Assembly: GCF_001194135.2 (NCBI RefSeq)
Contig: NC_068982.1
Span: forward strand, 75,687,534 to 75,751,533
Length of the DNA stretch: 64,000 bases
From: Octopus bimaculoides
Taxonomy: Eukaryota
Reading direction: 5' to 3'
Each line of letters starts with the position of its first letter. The first letter of the stretch is position 1. Positions 40,280 to 52,450 of this stretch are shown here, one piece after another. The notes below the pieces were generated by a model that was given only the letters and a program-made list of their open reading frames with translations, did not search any database and was not told where the DNA came from. Position numbers and translations under genes: made by a program.

Positions 40280-41480
40280 TATATTTAGATCTGCAGCAAC
40301 TTTCTTAGTTAATTTGAAATTTGAATCAGGGAATAGGGGTCTTAGAAAATCTGCTGCTTTTTGAATTAAACCTTTTGTGAAAAGTTAACAGGTTCATTGA
40401 GCCCTTGAAAGGTGAAAGAATATACAAGAGTTGCCACTGTTCAGCTTCTTCTAAATAATTCTCCATTTATTTCAATGAGATCCTCATTTGCCAGCTCTTA
40501 CATGTGCGAATGAAAGATCAATATATGTCATATGAAGAAACATCAAGGTGCAATTGATTAGTAATAATAATGATTGGTTGTTTCATTTCAAATAATCTCA
40601 ACATGTTCTTCAAATCCTTTAAAATCATTAATAAATTAAGGGCAGAGTTTGTTCTTAATGACTGATATTTTTCCCATCTGTAACTTTGTTCCAGGTTCTC
40701 TTTGAATTTCACTGCACCAAAAACATTGAATGATTACCAAAAATCCTTTTAGTGCTGAGCTCCCTTCTTTATCAATAGCATTTATTAACTGATCAAATGT
40801 GTGCCAAAGATAATACAATTTAAAATGTGGTACTAATGTCTTGATCCATTGGTTACAAGAATGATGTATTTGATAGCACAAACATTAATCTAGCAGTTAG
40901 ACAGTGGTGTTGTCGAAATTATGGATGAGAAGGTGCTTTATGATCAGTAGCACATGAAATGGAGTCTTCCAAATATCTTTTACTTCAAGTACAAAGTGAT
41001 CTGTAAACCAATCTTCAAACAGTGAAGCAGAAACCCAAGCTTTTTATTTGCATTCCATGACTGGAAGTCTACATTTTACGAGGCCTTTAACTGTCCTTGA
41101 ATTTTCAACATAGGGGTCTTAACTTAGCTCCTGCTGTATTACCTCTAAACAATAATGTTAACTGATCTCCAGCTACTTTGAAACCTGGCACTGACACCAC
41201 TTCTTTTGTGATGGAGCTTCTTGCTGGCATGTACTTCTAAAATAGGCTTGTTCTATCTGCATGGAATTTGTGAGGGTGTGTAACCATATTCTTTTATTCT
41301 AATTTTGAGGAAGAAAAATAAAATTTCAATATTAACACTTGTAATTCTTCCTGACACATTTACATTAAGCCAACCACTTTCTCAGTATCCTTCTTTCTAG
41401 TTTCTAAATGCACATTTAATCTTTCATATGCTGAGTTACCCATGCTGATAAGAGATTATTTTCCAAGCTGGCCACCTTTT
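40280..41480 (-). mobile_element. Tigger/pogo (CENP-B-related DDE) transposase fossil
   Basis: FHADRTSLF*KYMPARSSITKEVVSVPGFKVAGDQLTLLFRGNTAG and FVLSNTSFL*PMDQDI..FKLYYLWHTFDQLINAID match Tigger FNADETGLFWKKMP...GFK and NTTSILQPMDQG..FKSYYLR; many stops and frameshifts. Confidence 0.85.
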
Positions 41481-42729
41481 TATTATGTACCCTAGTTAAC
41501 TGCAACGAGTACATGCATGCACGTGCTGCTGCATGCCAAATGGTTAAAAAACTTGCTTTGCAATCATGGAATCCTGGGTTTGGACCCATTACATGGCATC
41601 CTAAAGAAGTATCATTTTCTATAGCCTCAGATCAACCAATAGTTTATGAGTAGATAAACTGTGTAAAAGTCCTTTGGATAGATTACTGTTGCAATTCAAA
41701 GATACATTTTTTCCATATAGTCTGTCACTCTGATTCTGCTACAGAGTTACTTTAAGGGTATATGTATCAGTGGAATATCACTTACAACTTAATTCAGGAG
41801 CAGGTAATTCAGTTATTAGAACAACTGAATACTCAACATCAAAACTGATGCAGATATATCCAAGTGCAAAGAGTGTATACTTCTAACTGCATTGAAATAC
41901 CTTTTCTTTATCAATTGAAAAGCGCAGATTCAGTTGATGAAAGCAAACAAAATTTTGAAGCTAAATCTTGAATGATTTTTCCAGTGTTCACTTATGAACT
42001 TGTATTTTCCTTCTCAAGTCATTGCACTGTTTCTTAGTATTATCAGTAATATTCATAGTATATTTTTGCTTGGGTATATTAAAGAATGAACTAACTCAAA
42101 AGTTTGTACAATAAAAGACTAGTGGAGAGAATGTGAATACATCATGCATGCCCAACACCACCATGCAAGTTGTGATTTTATTTTGTGTAATAACATTTTT
42201 ATAGTTAAAAATTAAAATCATTAAGGGAGAACATTGTTAAGTGAGGCATTACTGTGTGAATTCATACACATACACACACACACACACACACAGAGAGACT
42301 AGAGTATGTGATAAAGAAGTGGTCAGTTGAATTCCATAAACCAAATTTTATTCAAAGCTCAAAACTTTACAAATTGTTACTCTAAGTTTTACAGTTCTGA
42401 GCTTTGGATGAAAATGAAAAAAAACTAGAACATTAGGAAATTATGTAAAGACAAAAATCCAAGCAAATATAAAACACTAATTCACTGACTTGTGCTTACA
42501 GCTATGAAAGCAAAGGGATCATCATCACTGTCATCATAATAGTTTTAATGAATTTTTCATGCTTGCATGGGTCAGATAAGAGTACAATGAAAGAGTTTTT
42601 CTATGGCTGGATACCTTTCCTGTTGCCAGCATCCACCTGTTCTCCCAGTCTAATGAACAGCTAAAAGCCCAGATATATTCTATGTAGGGAAACAAACACC
42701 ATTTAAAGGGCCTTTCATTTTTACAAAGA

Positions 42730-42947
42730 TCACATTTTGATCATTTTCACAAAGATGAAAATAAAACATGTCAGGAAACCCAGATACCCTTTTATAGTGG
42801 ACTGCAAGCCATTGCAAATGAGCATCACTGTCATACAAGTGACACTGTTCATTTCCAATCTTCCAAGCAAGGTCATATTTCCTAAAAGGGTATCTGGGTT
42901 TCCTGACATGTCTTATTTTGATCTTTGTGAAAATGATCAAAATGTGA
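42730..42947. repeat. 65-bp inverted repeat (2 mismatches) around an 88-bp spacer made of SINE pieces
   Basis: Arms at 42730-42794 and 42883-42947, read directly. Confidence 0.9.
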
Positions 42948-42959
42948 CCATATATATAT

Positions 42960-43055
42960 ATCATCATCATCATCATCGTTTAACGTCCGCCTTCCATGCT
43001 AGCATGGGTTGGACGATTTGACTGAGGACTGGTGAAACCGGATGGCAACACCAGG

Positions 43056-43058
<3 letters not shown>
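42960..43058 (-). mobile_element. Extremely 5'-truncated young RTE tail abutting (AT)n
   Basis: About 95 nt differing from 43895-43996 at one position; (AT)n follows at 43059-43130. Confidence 0.85.
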
Positions 43059-43142
<84 letters not shown>

Positions 43143-43883
43143 GACAGAAAGAGGGAGGGAGAGGGAAAGGGAAATGTATGCATATATGTGAATGTTTACA
43201 GAACTATACTGAGCTATGGGAATATGCATTGATGTCACTATCTGCAGCTCACCTACAAATGGCTGTCATCATTTGCAGTGGGCTTTGATGGAAGAAGTTC
43301 GTTGGCATTTCTTAACAAAATAGTCTGCTTCCTCACTCTCTCTCTCTCTGCACTCTTTAATTACACCAGAATAAAAATTCCCTACTTGAAAAACTGGTAT
43401 GGCAACAGAAACATAACTTGACTACAAATTCTGCTTCCAAATATACTTCTAAGCTATGCTAGCATGGAAAACAGATATGAAACAAACCAAAACAATCACA
43501 CACACACACACAAATATATTAAACACACAGGTGTTTTAGGTTCAGTCTCACTACATAGTACCTTGGGCAAGTCTTGTCTATAATAACTCTGGGCCAACCA
43601 AAGCCTTGTGAGTGGATTTGGTACATGCAAACTGAAAGAAACTTTTGTGTGTGCATGCACACATGCTAGTGTGAAGATGGACACGTGTATTTTTGTGTCT
43701 CTTTGTCTGGTCATGGGGAAATATTACCTTACTGGGAAACAGGTGAAGGTTGACAACAAGAAGGGCATCCAACTAGAAAATCTGCTTCAACAAATTCCAC
43801 CCATTTCATGCAGCATGGAAAGGTGAACATTAAGACAATGATACACACATACATGTATTCATCCACACACACAAACTGCCACC

Positions 43884-43884
<1 letters not shown>

Positions 43885-43914
<30 letters not shown>

Positions 43915-44330
43915 GTTTAACGTCCGCTTTCCATGCTAGCATGGGTTGGACGATTTGACTGAGGACTGGTGAAACCGGATGGCAACACCAGGCTCCAGTC
44001 TAATTTGGCAGAGTTTCTACAGCTGGATGCCCTTCCTAACACCAACCACTCAGAGAGTGTAGTGGGTGCTTTTACGTGTCACCCGCACGAAAACGGCCAC
44101 GCTCGAAATGGTGTCTTTTATGTGCCACCCGCACAAGCCAGTCCAGGGGCACTGGCAACGATCTCGCTCGAAAATCCTACGGGAGCCAGTCAGGCGGTAC
44201 TGGCAACGGCCACGCTCAAAATGGTGCATCTCATGTGCCACCCGCACAAGAACCAGTCCAGGGGCACTGGCAACGATCTTAATTGGCTTGCCGGGTCTTC
44301 TCACGCACAGCACATTTCCAAATATATACA
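43885..44330 (-). mobile_element. RTE 3' end with array of about 65-bp hairpin modules
   Basis: Minus strand: ORF2 end WKCAVREKTRQAN*, then repeated GATCGTTGCCAGTGCCCCTGGACTGG / GTGCGGGTGGCAC units, common tail and (GAT)n. Confidence 0.88.
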
Positions 44331-46201
44331 TATATATCAGTGGATTTAGCAGCAAGTTTTAGGTATAAAAGAAATCCTCCTCTCAACCTGATGATGATTA
44401 CTGAAGACACCAGTGACTCTCAAACAATCCTCTCTTCAACACTTAGTTTCCAAAATCCTAACCCATTAGAACTAATGAAACTAACTCAACATCAAACCAG
44501 TTAATAGAATTTCTATGCATTTATTTAGCCAATCATGTGTGGATCCACACACAAGGGTACAAACACACACAAACAAACATTAACGACATACATCCACATG
44601 TGTTAACAGCCAGTTTCCTACGCATGCAAATTTTATCACCATTTTGAAAGCTCAAAATTAATTTCATGTTGTTACACATTCCTCTTTAAAAATCTATGAA
44701 CTAATGTTCTTTGTTTGAGGCTCTTTGTGTGTGTGTTTTCATTGCACAACTTAGAAAGTTCTGTAACATGGAAATCATTTTTACATCTGAAGCAACATCT
44801 AAAGAATCAGATTTATACAATTTCTATAAGAAAAAAAGAAATTAAACAATATTTCGAAAGAACGAGGTAGGGAGTAGAAATATAAAGATGATCATGGAAC
44901 TGATGTGAACAACAATTTAGATTTAGGAATTAATGTGAACAGTAAATATGATAAAAACATACCACCATCAGTGAATGGGTTAAGCTATTTATAGATTCCT
45001 CAATTATACCAACATTTCCAAAAAAAAAAAAATTAAAATAAATAAAAATTAAACCAAATTATAATTTCTAAGATTATAGAATGTTTCTTGCATGCCTTTC
45101 TTTCCGTTTTTTGAACATCAAATTTATTTTGTATTTCGCAAGCATTCGTTACAGTAGCTAATGGAAAATAAAGCAGAAGTAGTATTTTCATTGTCACTGT
45201 GATCATCATCATCATCAAACATCTACTATCTATGCCAGCATGAGTGGAATGATTTGAAAGGATCTGATGAGTTGGAAGACTGTGGCATGCCTCAGCCATG
45301 TATGCTTAGCATGGCTTCTACAGTTGGATACATTCTTAATGCCAACTGCTTTCCAGAATGTACTGGATGCATTTTTTTTTTTTTTTTGACACTAATACTA
45401 GTGAGGTCACTTGAAAACTTGTAAGACTAAAAGGCCTAAAAAGGCCTCTATAACTAAAGGTGAGAGAGATATGATTACAGGCAAGGTGATAGAAGAGAAT
45501 ACAATGTGATGATAGGAACAGATTCATAGTTGTGAGAGGGTCGTAGTAGAGAGGGTAACAAATTGGTCACTATTGGGGAGGGCACTACTGAAAGAAAAGG
45601 GGATAAGGATAGGATCAGGGTTAATGGTTAGTGAGAAAGATAGGAATAGAGTGACAAGGTAGGTTGTACTGAGTAGGGGGTCCAGAGAGTTATTGAAAGA
45701 GAGGTGTGAGAACCATGAGGATTGGCCAGAGATGAAAGAGTACTGAGGTGGCAGAGAAGCTGGGGGGGGGGTGCAGTAAGAAAAAATGAAGCAGAGAAGA
45801 AGTGGTGGATGGCAGTGATCAAGCAAGTGAACATGCTTGGCTGATAGAGTGATGATTGAAGTGAGTGGAAAGATGGATGGAAGAAGAGGAAATGGCACAA
45901 GTAGAGTGAAGAGGATGGATCAATATTCTCTTATACACAAACCTAATAAAGGAGGGGGGAGGCAGAGTGATGGCAGTGATAAGAGATGGAGTGGTATGAT
46001 TGACAGAGAGATGAGATGATAAAAGCAAATGGGAAGATGAGAGAAAGAGGGAAAGTGAGCAACAGGTAGATAAGAGGGGGGGTGAAGGGTGCAAACAGTG
46101 GCAGTAAATATAAATGGGCAAAATATAGATACATCCATATATTATACACACCCACACACATACAAGCACAAGTATACAAACATGTAAATAAATGGTTTTT
46201 G

Positions 46202-46474
46202 GTAAGCAGCATCGATTTTTATGAATCTGTAAACAATATTTTATAAGCTTAAAAGTGATCATTGTGCAATGACTAAAGAAAATACTTTAATATTGGGGCA
46301 TATAAGCCCTTGATGGAAAAAAGTAGAGAACCCTACTTTTTTTCCATCAAGGGCTTATACTAGACTATTTTCTTTAGTCATTGCACGGTGATTGCTTATT
46401 AGCTTTAAGCTTATAAAATATTATTATTATTTACAGAATTGTGAAAATCAATTAATAATCAATGTTGTTATTAC
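46202..46474. repeat. Foldback (hairpin) MITE-like element, about 270 bp
   Basis: Nested inverted blocks ATAAGCCCTTGATGGAAAAAAGTAG/CTACT...GGGCTTAT, GTGCAATGACTAAAGAAAATA/TATTTTCTTTAGTCATTGCAC and AATATTTTATAAGCTTAAA/TTTAAGCTTATAAAATATT, centred near 46330. Confidence 0.8.
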
Positions 46475-48904
46475 ACACACACAAGGGTTCTACTGAAAGC
46501 AATGTTAAGTGGACATAACTTTTTTATTAACACTGCTTATTCAAATTCATTATGCTGGTAGGGGAACTCTTTCACTTTAGTATCTATTCTTCCTTTTCTC
46601 CATTGCTGATAACTAAGTTTCAAGTAGAAGCAAAGTGCCATCACCCACTGAAGGTTATTGGTTGTTTATAGAGATGACACCACAGACAAGATTAGTGTGC
46701 ACAGTTGGACAAAGAAGCTGAAAGAAGGAGAAACCAGCACTTAAAATATACATGTAGTGGGGGACCAAGAACTATGACCACTGACATGAAGCAGCAGAGA
46801 GTGAACAAACTGGTTTGAGCAGACAAACAAGATACAAACCATGAGCTTACTGTGCAACTGGACTGTGCTCACAATGCATTACAGTAGATGGCAGAAGACT
46901 TTGTGCAAAGTGGGTACCTTGGGAGCTGATGCCCAACATGAAGGAGAGTGGGGTGGTAGTTAGTTCAGATCTGCTGCAAGCCTTTGAATCCTCTTATCCC
47001 TAGTTTTTCTCTCAACTCATTTCAACTCTGGCATTTATGCATATTGACATTATAAATCCATTGGAAGCTGCTGACTTAATTTCTTGCCCTTGCAGTCTTT
47101 TGCATTGAAAGCCCACATTTCACAACCATGGAGAATCATAGTTCGAATACAAGTAACATCTTATTTGCTTCAAGTACATCATCATCATCATTTTAACATC
47201 CATTTTTCCATGCTTGCATGGCTAGGACAAAATTTGTTGAGGTAGAATTTCTACAGCCATTCCTATTGCCAACTTTCCCTTGTTTCCAAGTAAGGTAATA
47301 TTTTCCCATGGCCAAACATGTCACAGAAGACTGGAAATGAAAAACACTGATGTATGGCAGTGACTTTTGCTTACAACCATCATGTGGTATCAAGACAAAG
47401 AGATACCAATTCACACACACACACACACGTTTGCAGACATACATATGATGAGCTTCTTTCAGTTTCCGTCTACCAAATCCACTCGCAAAGTTTTGGTTGG
47501 CCTAGGGTTACAGAAAAAGATATTTGCCCAAGGTGTTATACAGTGGGAAAACAAGTTTCTTAACTACTTAGACACACACTGTGCCTACAATAAATTAAAA
47601 CAATGTAGGGAATAAGTTTGCTTCTTGGTTTTGGGTCCAATTACACTGTAAAACAATTTGAGAAAGTGTCTTCTATAGCCCCAGGCTAACCAAAGCCTAG
47701 TGATTAAATTTGGTAGACAGAAACTGTTTGGAAGAGAGATGGGTAGGGGCTCTGTTACCACCACCACCACCACTTGAAAACCAGTGTTGGTTTGTTTATC
47801 TCACAGTAACTTAATATTTTGGCAGAAAGAAACCAATATAATAAGCAGCAGACTTAGAAAAATTAGTACTGGAGGTAATTTATTTGGGTAAACCCACCAA
47901 GATGATAGTTTCAATAATTGTTAGAAGTTTGCTTTCCAATCATGTGGTTGAAGTCAGTCCCAATGCATAACTTCTGGAATGGCTTCTACTATAACCCCAG
48001 GTCATCCAAAACCTTGTGAGTGGATTTGTTAAACATTTCTTTCAGTATGAAAGAAACCTGTTGTGTGCATGTGTCTCCTTATCTTGACGTGTGATACTTT
48101 TAAACATGCATCACTGTCATACAAGTGGAGTCTGTTTCTAATCTTGTGAAAATATGTCTGGTCATGGGGCAATGTACCTTGTATGGGAAACAAATGAGGG
48201 TTAGTGACAGGAAGGGCATCTGGCTGTAGAAAATTTGCCTCAACAAATTATGTTATAAGCAAGGAAAAATGGACATTAAAATAGACATCAAACAGACATT
48301 AAAATAACAAGGAGAAGGAGGGGGAGGAAGAGACAAGGTCTTTTGTGATATATCACATTTAAAAAAATTTACTCGTCATAAAATCTGTCTAATATCAGTC
48401 CAATACAGAAACTAAGATATGTTGTGAAGATGTCCTCCTTATCTAGTTCATTATCAATATATCTTCAGAATATTAAATATTCTGTTTTTGATACTTAGAT
48501 CTTTTTTATATTTTGCAGTTAATGAGAGTTTTGTGGCATTGACATTTATATATGGTTGATGTATTTCATCATGATGAATAAATTGGTTTTTAATAAACTC
48601 CTTTATCACATTTAAGTTTTCACATCCCAAGGATTATTGCCATTATTATTATCAATGGCAACAGTAGTAATAATAAAAACTGGAAAACAATAACATAAAA
48701 AAAAAAAACACGATAACTCTATCTTCTTTGAGGGCAGTCAGCCAGTAGACCATGCATTCAGTACAAAAATGATATTGTAAAACCAGGTGTTATGTTGGTT
48801 AGTGACAAGTGTAGCATTGTGCAATGTGAATGTTCTTTGATATAATTAACAATTTTCTTTTGGTAAATACATGGCAAAGGTTGTAACTGATAAAAGTAAA
48901 CATT

Positions 48905-51630
48905 TCATGTTGCAAGACAGTGTGTGAGAGAGAATCGTGATGTTGTAGGAGAGAAATGTGTCCGCATGGATGATGGCTCACTTGCACTAAACGAGGCTGC
49001 AAAGACAGAGGTTTAGAGATGCCACTATGAAAGGTTGCTTAATAAAGAGAATGAAAGGGAGGAGGAGAGTCTGCTGCATGTCGACCCAACAGAGGGACCA
49101 GCTATCCTAATTGACAGTACCTTGGTAGATAAAGCGATCAAGAGTGTGAAGACAGGGAAAGTCCCTGGCCCACCAGGAATCACTGCAGAGATGCTCAAAA
49201 TATCTGGCAGTATCGGCTATAGCCTAGTCACCTGTATAGTTAATCAGGTGATACACAAAGGAGTCCTACCCAATGACTGGTGTAGCAGCACCATAGTCAA
49301 CTGCTACAAAGGTAAAGGTGACGCTTTAGATACAAATAATTACAGAGGTATCAAGCTGTTGGACCAGGTAATGAAGGTCACCAAGAGGGTTATAGCTCAA
49401 CTAAATAGGAAGAGATTCAGTTTAGAGGAGATGCAGTTTGGGTTCATTCCAAGGAAAAGCACCACTGATGCTATATTTCTGGTAAGACATCTGCAGGAGA
49501 AATACCTAGCCAAAGATAAATCTCTGTACCTGGCTTTCATTGACATGGAGAAAGCCTTTGGCAGGGTCCCCTGATCCCTCATCTGGTGGTCAATGAGGAA
49601 ACTAGGGATAGAGGAGTGGTTAGTGAGAGCTGTGCAAGCCATGTACAGGGACGCTGTCAGTAAGGTGAGGGTTGGCAACGAGTACAGTGAAGAATTCCGG
49701 GTAGAGGTAGGGGTCCACCAAGGTTCAGTTCTCAACCCCCTCCTATTTATCATAGTCCTCCAGGCAATAACACAGGAATTCAAGACAGGATGCCCCTGGG
49801 AGCTCCTCTATGCTGATGACCTTGCCCTAATTGCTGAGTCACTATCAGAACTAGAGGAGAAGTTTCAGGTGTGGAAGCAAGCACTGGAATCGAAGGGCCT
49901 TAGAGTCAACCTAACTGAAACCAAAGTCCTAATAAGTAGGAAGGTAGACAAAATACAAACCTCTTCAGGTAGATGGCACTGCTCGATCTGTAGAAAAGGC
50001 GTAGGTAGTAACTCTATAAGATGTACCCAGTGTAAGCTATGGACACATAAGAGGTGCAGCAATATCAAAGGAAGGCTAACTAGCAAGATAATTTTTGTAT
50101 GCGGCAGATGCTCAGGAGCAATAAACACTGAAAATGTGCAGAAAACAACCTTTGCCACACTCCAGGGAGAAAAACTAGAAGTAGTTGATAGCATCCACTA
50201 CCTAGGTGACCAAGTTTGTAGCGGGGGAGGGTGCGCTGAAAGTGTAGCTGCTAGTATAGGAAGAGCCTGGGCAAAGTTTAGAGAGTTCTTACCTCTGCTG
50301 GTCACAAAGGGCCTCTCACTCAGAGTAAAAGGCAGACTGTATGACGCATGTGTACGAACAGCTATGCTACATGGCAGTGAAACATGGNNNNNNNNNNGAC
50401 TGTATGACGCATGTGTACGAACAGCTATGCTACATGGCAGTGAAACATGGGCCGTGACTGCTGAGGACATGCGTAAGCTTGCAAGAAACAAAGCCAGTAG
50501 GCTCCGATGGATGTGTAATGTCAGTGTGCTTACTTGACAGAGTGTAAGTACCTTGAGAGAAAAGTTGGACTTAAGAAGCATCAGTTGTGGTGTGCAAGAG
50601 AGAATATTGCGCTGGTATGGACATGTGGCAAGAATGGATGAGGAGAGCTGTGTGAAAAGTGCCACACCCTAGCGGTTGAGGGAACTTGTGGAGGAGGTAG
50701 ACCCAGGAAGACCTGGGATAAGGTGGTGAAGCATGACCTTTGAACTTTAGGCCTCACCGAGGCAATGACTAGGGACCTGGACCTTTGGAAATATGCAGTA
50801 CGTGGGAAAACCCGGCAAGCCAAGTGAGAGCATAATCTGTGGCTTCTGCCAGAAGTGTAGCCAGCTCACTAATTCGTATCTTTACTTCATTGGACACTAA
50901 ACTCTGCTTGCGAAGACCTGTTGGGGCAAGTGAATTTGAAATTTGAAATCGAAATCGAACCAAATTCGACGACTGGCACCCATGCCAACATCTCCTTCAT
51001 TGGACACTAAACTCTGCTTGCGAAGACCTGTTGGGGCAAGTGAAATCGAAATCATANNNNNNNNNNTCGACGACTGGCACCCATGCCAACATCTCCTTCA
51101 TTGGACACTAAACTCTGCTTGCGAAGACCTGTTGGGGCAAGTGAAATCGAAATCATAATTGAACCATATTCGATGACTGGCACCCGTGCCAGTGGAGCAC
51201 TAATAGCACTGTCCGAGCGTGATCATTGCCAGAGCAGCTGTCTGGCTTCCGTGCTAGTCGCCCGTAAATAGCACCATTTGAGTATGATCGTTACCAGCAT
51301 CACCTCACTGGCACTTGTGCTGGTGGCATGTTAGAAAGTCATTCAAGCGAGGTCATTGCCAGTGCCGCTGGACTGGCTCCTGTGCAGGTGGCACATAAAA
51401 AACACCATTTTGAGCGTGGTCGTTGCCAGTACTGTGTGACTGGCCCTCGTGCCAGTGGCACGTAAAAGCACCCACTACACTCTCGGAGTGGTTGGCGTTA
51501 GGAAGGGCATCCAGTTGTAGAAACTCTGCCAGATCAGATTGGAGCCTGGTGCAGCCATCCGGTTCACCAGTCCTCAGTCAAATCGTCCAACCCATGCTAG
51601 TATGAAAAGCGGACGTTAAACGATGATGAT
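48905..51630 (+). mobile_element. RTE-clade LINE, 5'-truncated (no APE endonuclease): RT, PHD-type finger, thumb, tandem-module 3' UTR, (GAT)n tail
   Basis: NYRGIKLL, QFGFIPRKSTTDAIF, AFIDMEKAFGRVP, GVHQGSVLNPLLF, LYADDLALI and RWYGHVARM. ORFs 49035-49574 and 49593-50537 share one frame split by TGA. ORF2 stop at 50825-50827. Confidence 0.95.
50388..50397. other. Assembly gap (10 N) with flanking sequence duplicated; similar gaps at 5268-5277, 39695-39704 and 51057-51066
   Basis: GACTGTATGACGC...GAAACATGG is repeated exactly on both sides of the Ns. Confidence 0.9.
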
Positions 51631-52069
51631 TAACAGGAGCTGATGAGGTTAACATGTGGCAGTGTGAAGTTTAATGGGTAGTAAATTGTAGAGGTTTATG
51701 CTATAGATTCAAGGCCGTGTAGTTAGTGGCTACCTGGAAGAAGATATTAATAAAGAGGAGAATAAATGTGGCAATGTCTCAAATTAGTAAGTAGTGATTC
51801 AAAAGCAAACATGGGATTGATCCTACCTTCACATGTTTAGCTAGAGGCAAATATATTGTCTTCAATCATACAGAACATACACAGCCAACATGGAAATATC
51901 GCAGAAATGGTATATAGAGAAAAAGTTGACAAAAAAGCCAAACTTGCAATCTTCATTTCAGTTCCTGTGCCTATGGTCTCAAAGAGTAATGACCAAAAGA
52001 ATACAATTGTAAATCCAAGTAGCTGAATATATGGTCCCTCTGAAGAATCTCTAGAGTAACATTATTCAA

Positions 52070-52450
52070 CAGGGTGAGTTGCTCAGAGATCAAGGAGTCT
52101 CTCCAGGTTGAACTGCTATTTCTCTGAATTGAGAGCTCATAGCTCCAGTTCTATTGAGATGTGATTAGAATGTTATAGGAAAAATATCGCAAGACAGATT
52201 CTTCGAGCCAAGCCAACTGCTAAGAGACCTAGAAGTAGACCAAAAATGAGATGGTTGGATAATATCCATAGTCTCAGTTGGTCATGCTTGGGAATCTTGT
52301 ATGACAGTTGCTTCTGATAGGACCCTATGGAAAAGGGTGGATGGATGGTATATAGATTCAACAGAAAAGGGATGAAGTTCTGAAAGAGGAAGGGCAATGT
52401 GAGAGCTAATTAAGGCATTCCAGTGACTCCTATAAGCTGTGAAGCCTTAT
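52070..52450 (+). mobile_element. Second RTE lineage (Expander/RTE-1-like), decayed 3' fragment
   Basis: SEIKESLQVELLFL*IESS*LQ and IARQILRAKPTAKRPRSRPKMRWLDNIHSLSWSCLGI resemble IERSQLRW...KRPVGRPRTRWxDYIxDLxWxRLG. Confidence 0.65.

Noticed and set aside
42983-43238. IY-repeat, N-rich, H/T-rich and CV-repeat ORFs in the track (also 34569-34922, 53927-54193, 57016-57231)
   Set aside because: Translations of microsatellites and low-complexity DNA.
50335-50450. Internal tandem duplication in RTE ORF2 (LYDACVRTAMLHGSETW twice)
   Set aside because: Exact duplication on both sides of a 10-N gap: an unmerged contig overlap.
50967-51156. Third copy of the about 100-bp UTR unit
   Set aside because: Identical sequence on both sides of the N gap at 51057-51066; probably artefactual, so the true count is likely two.
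51170-51475. CRISPR-like palindromic repeat-spacer array
   Set aside because: The spacers are homologous to each other and to the RTE ORF2 end, there are no cas genes, and the context is a eukaryotic intron.
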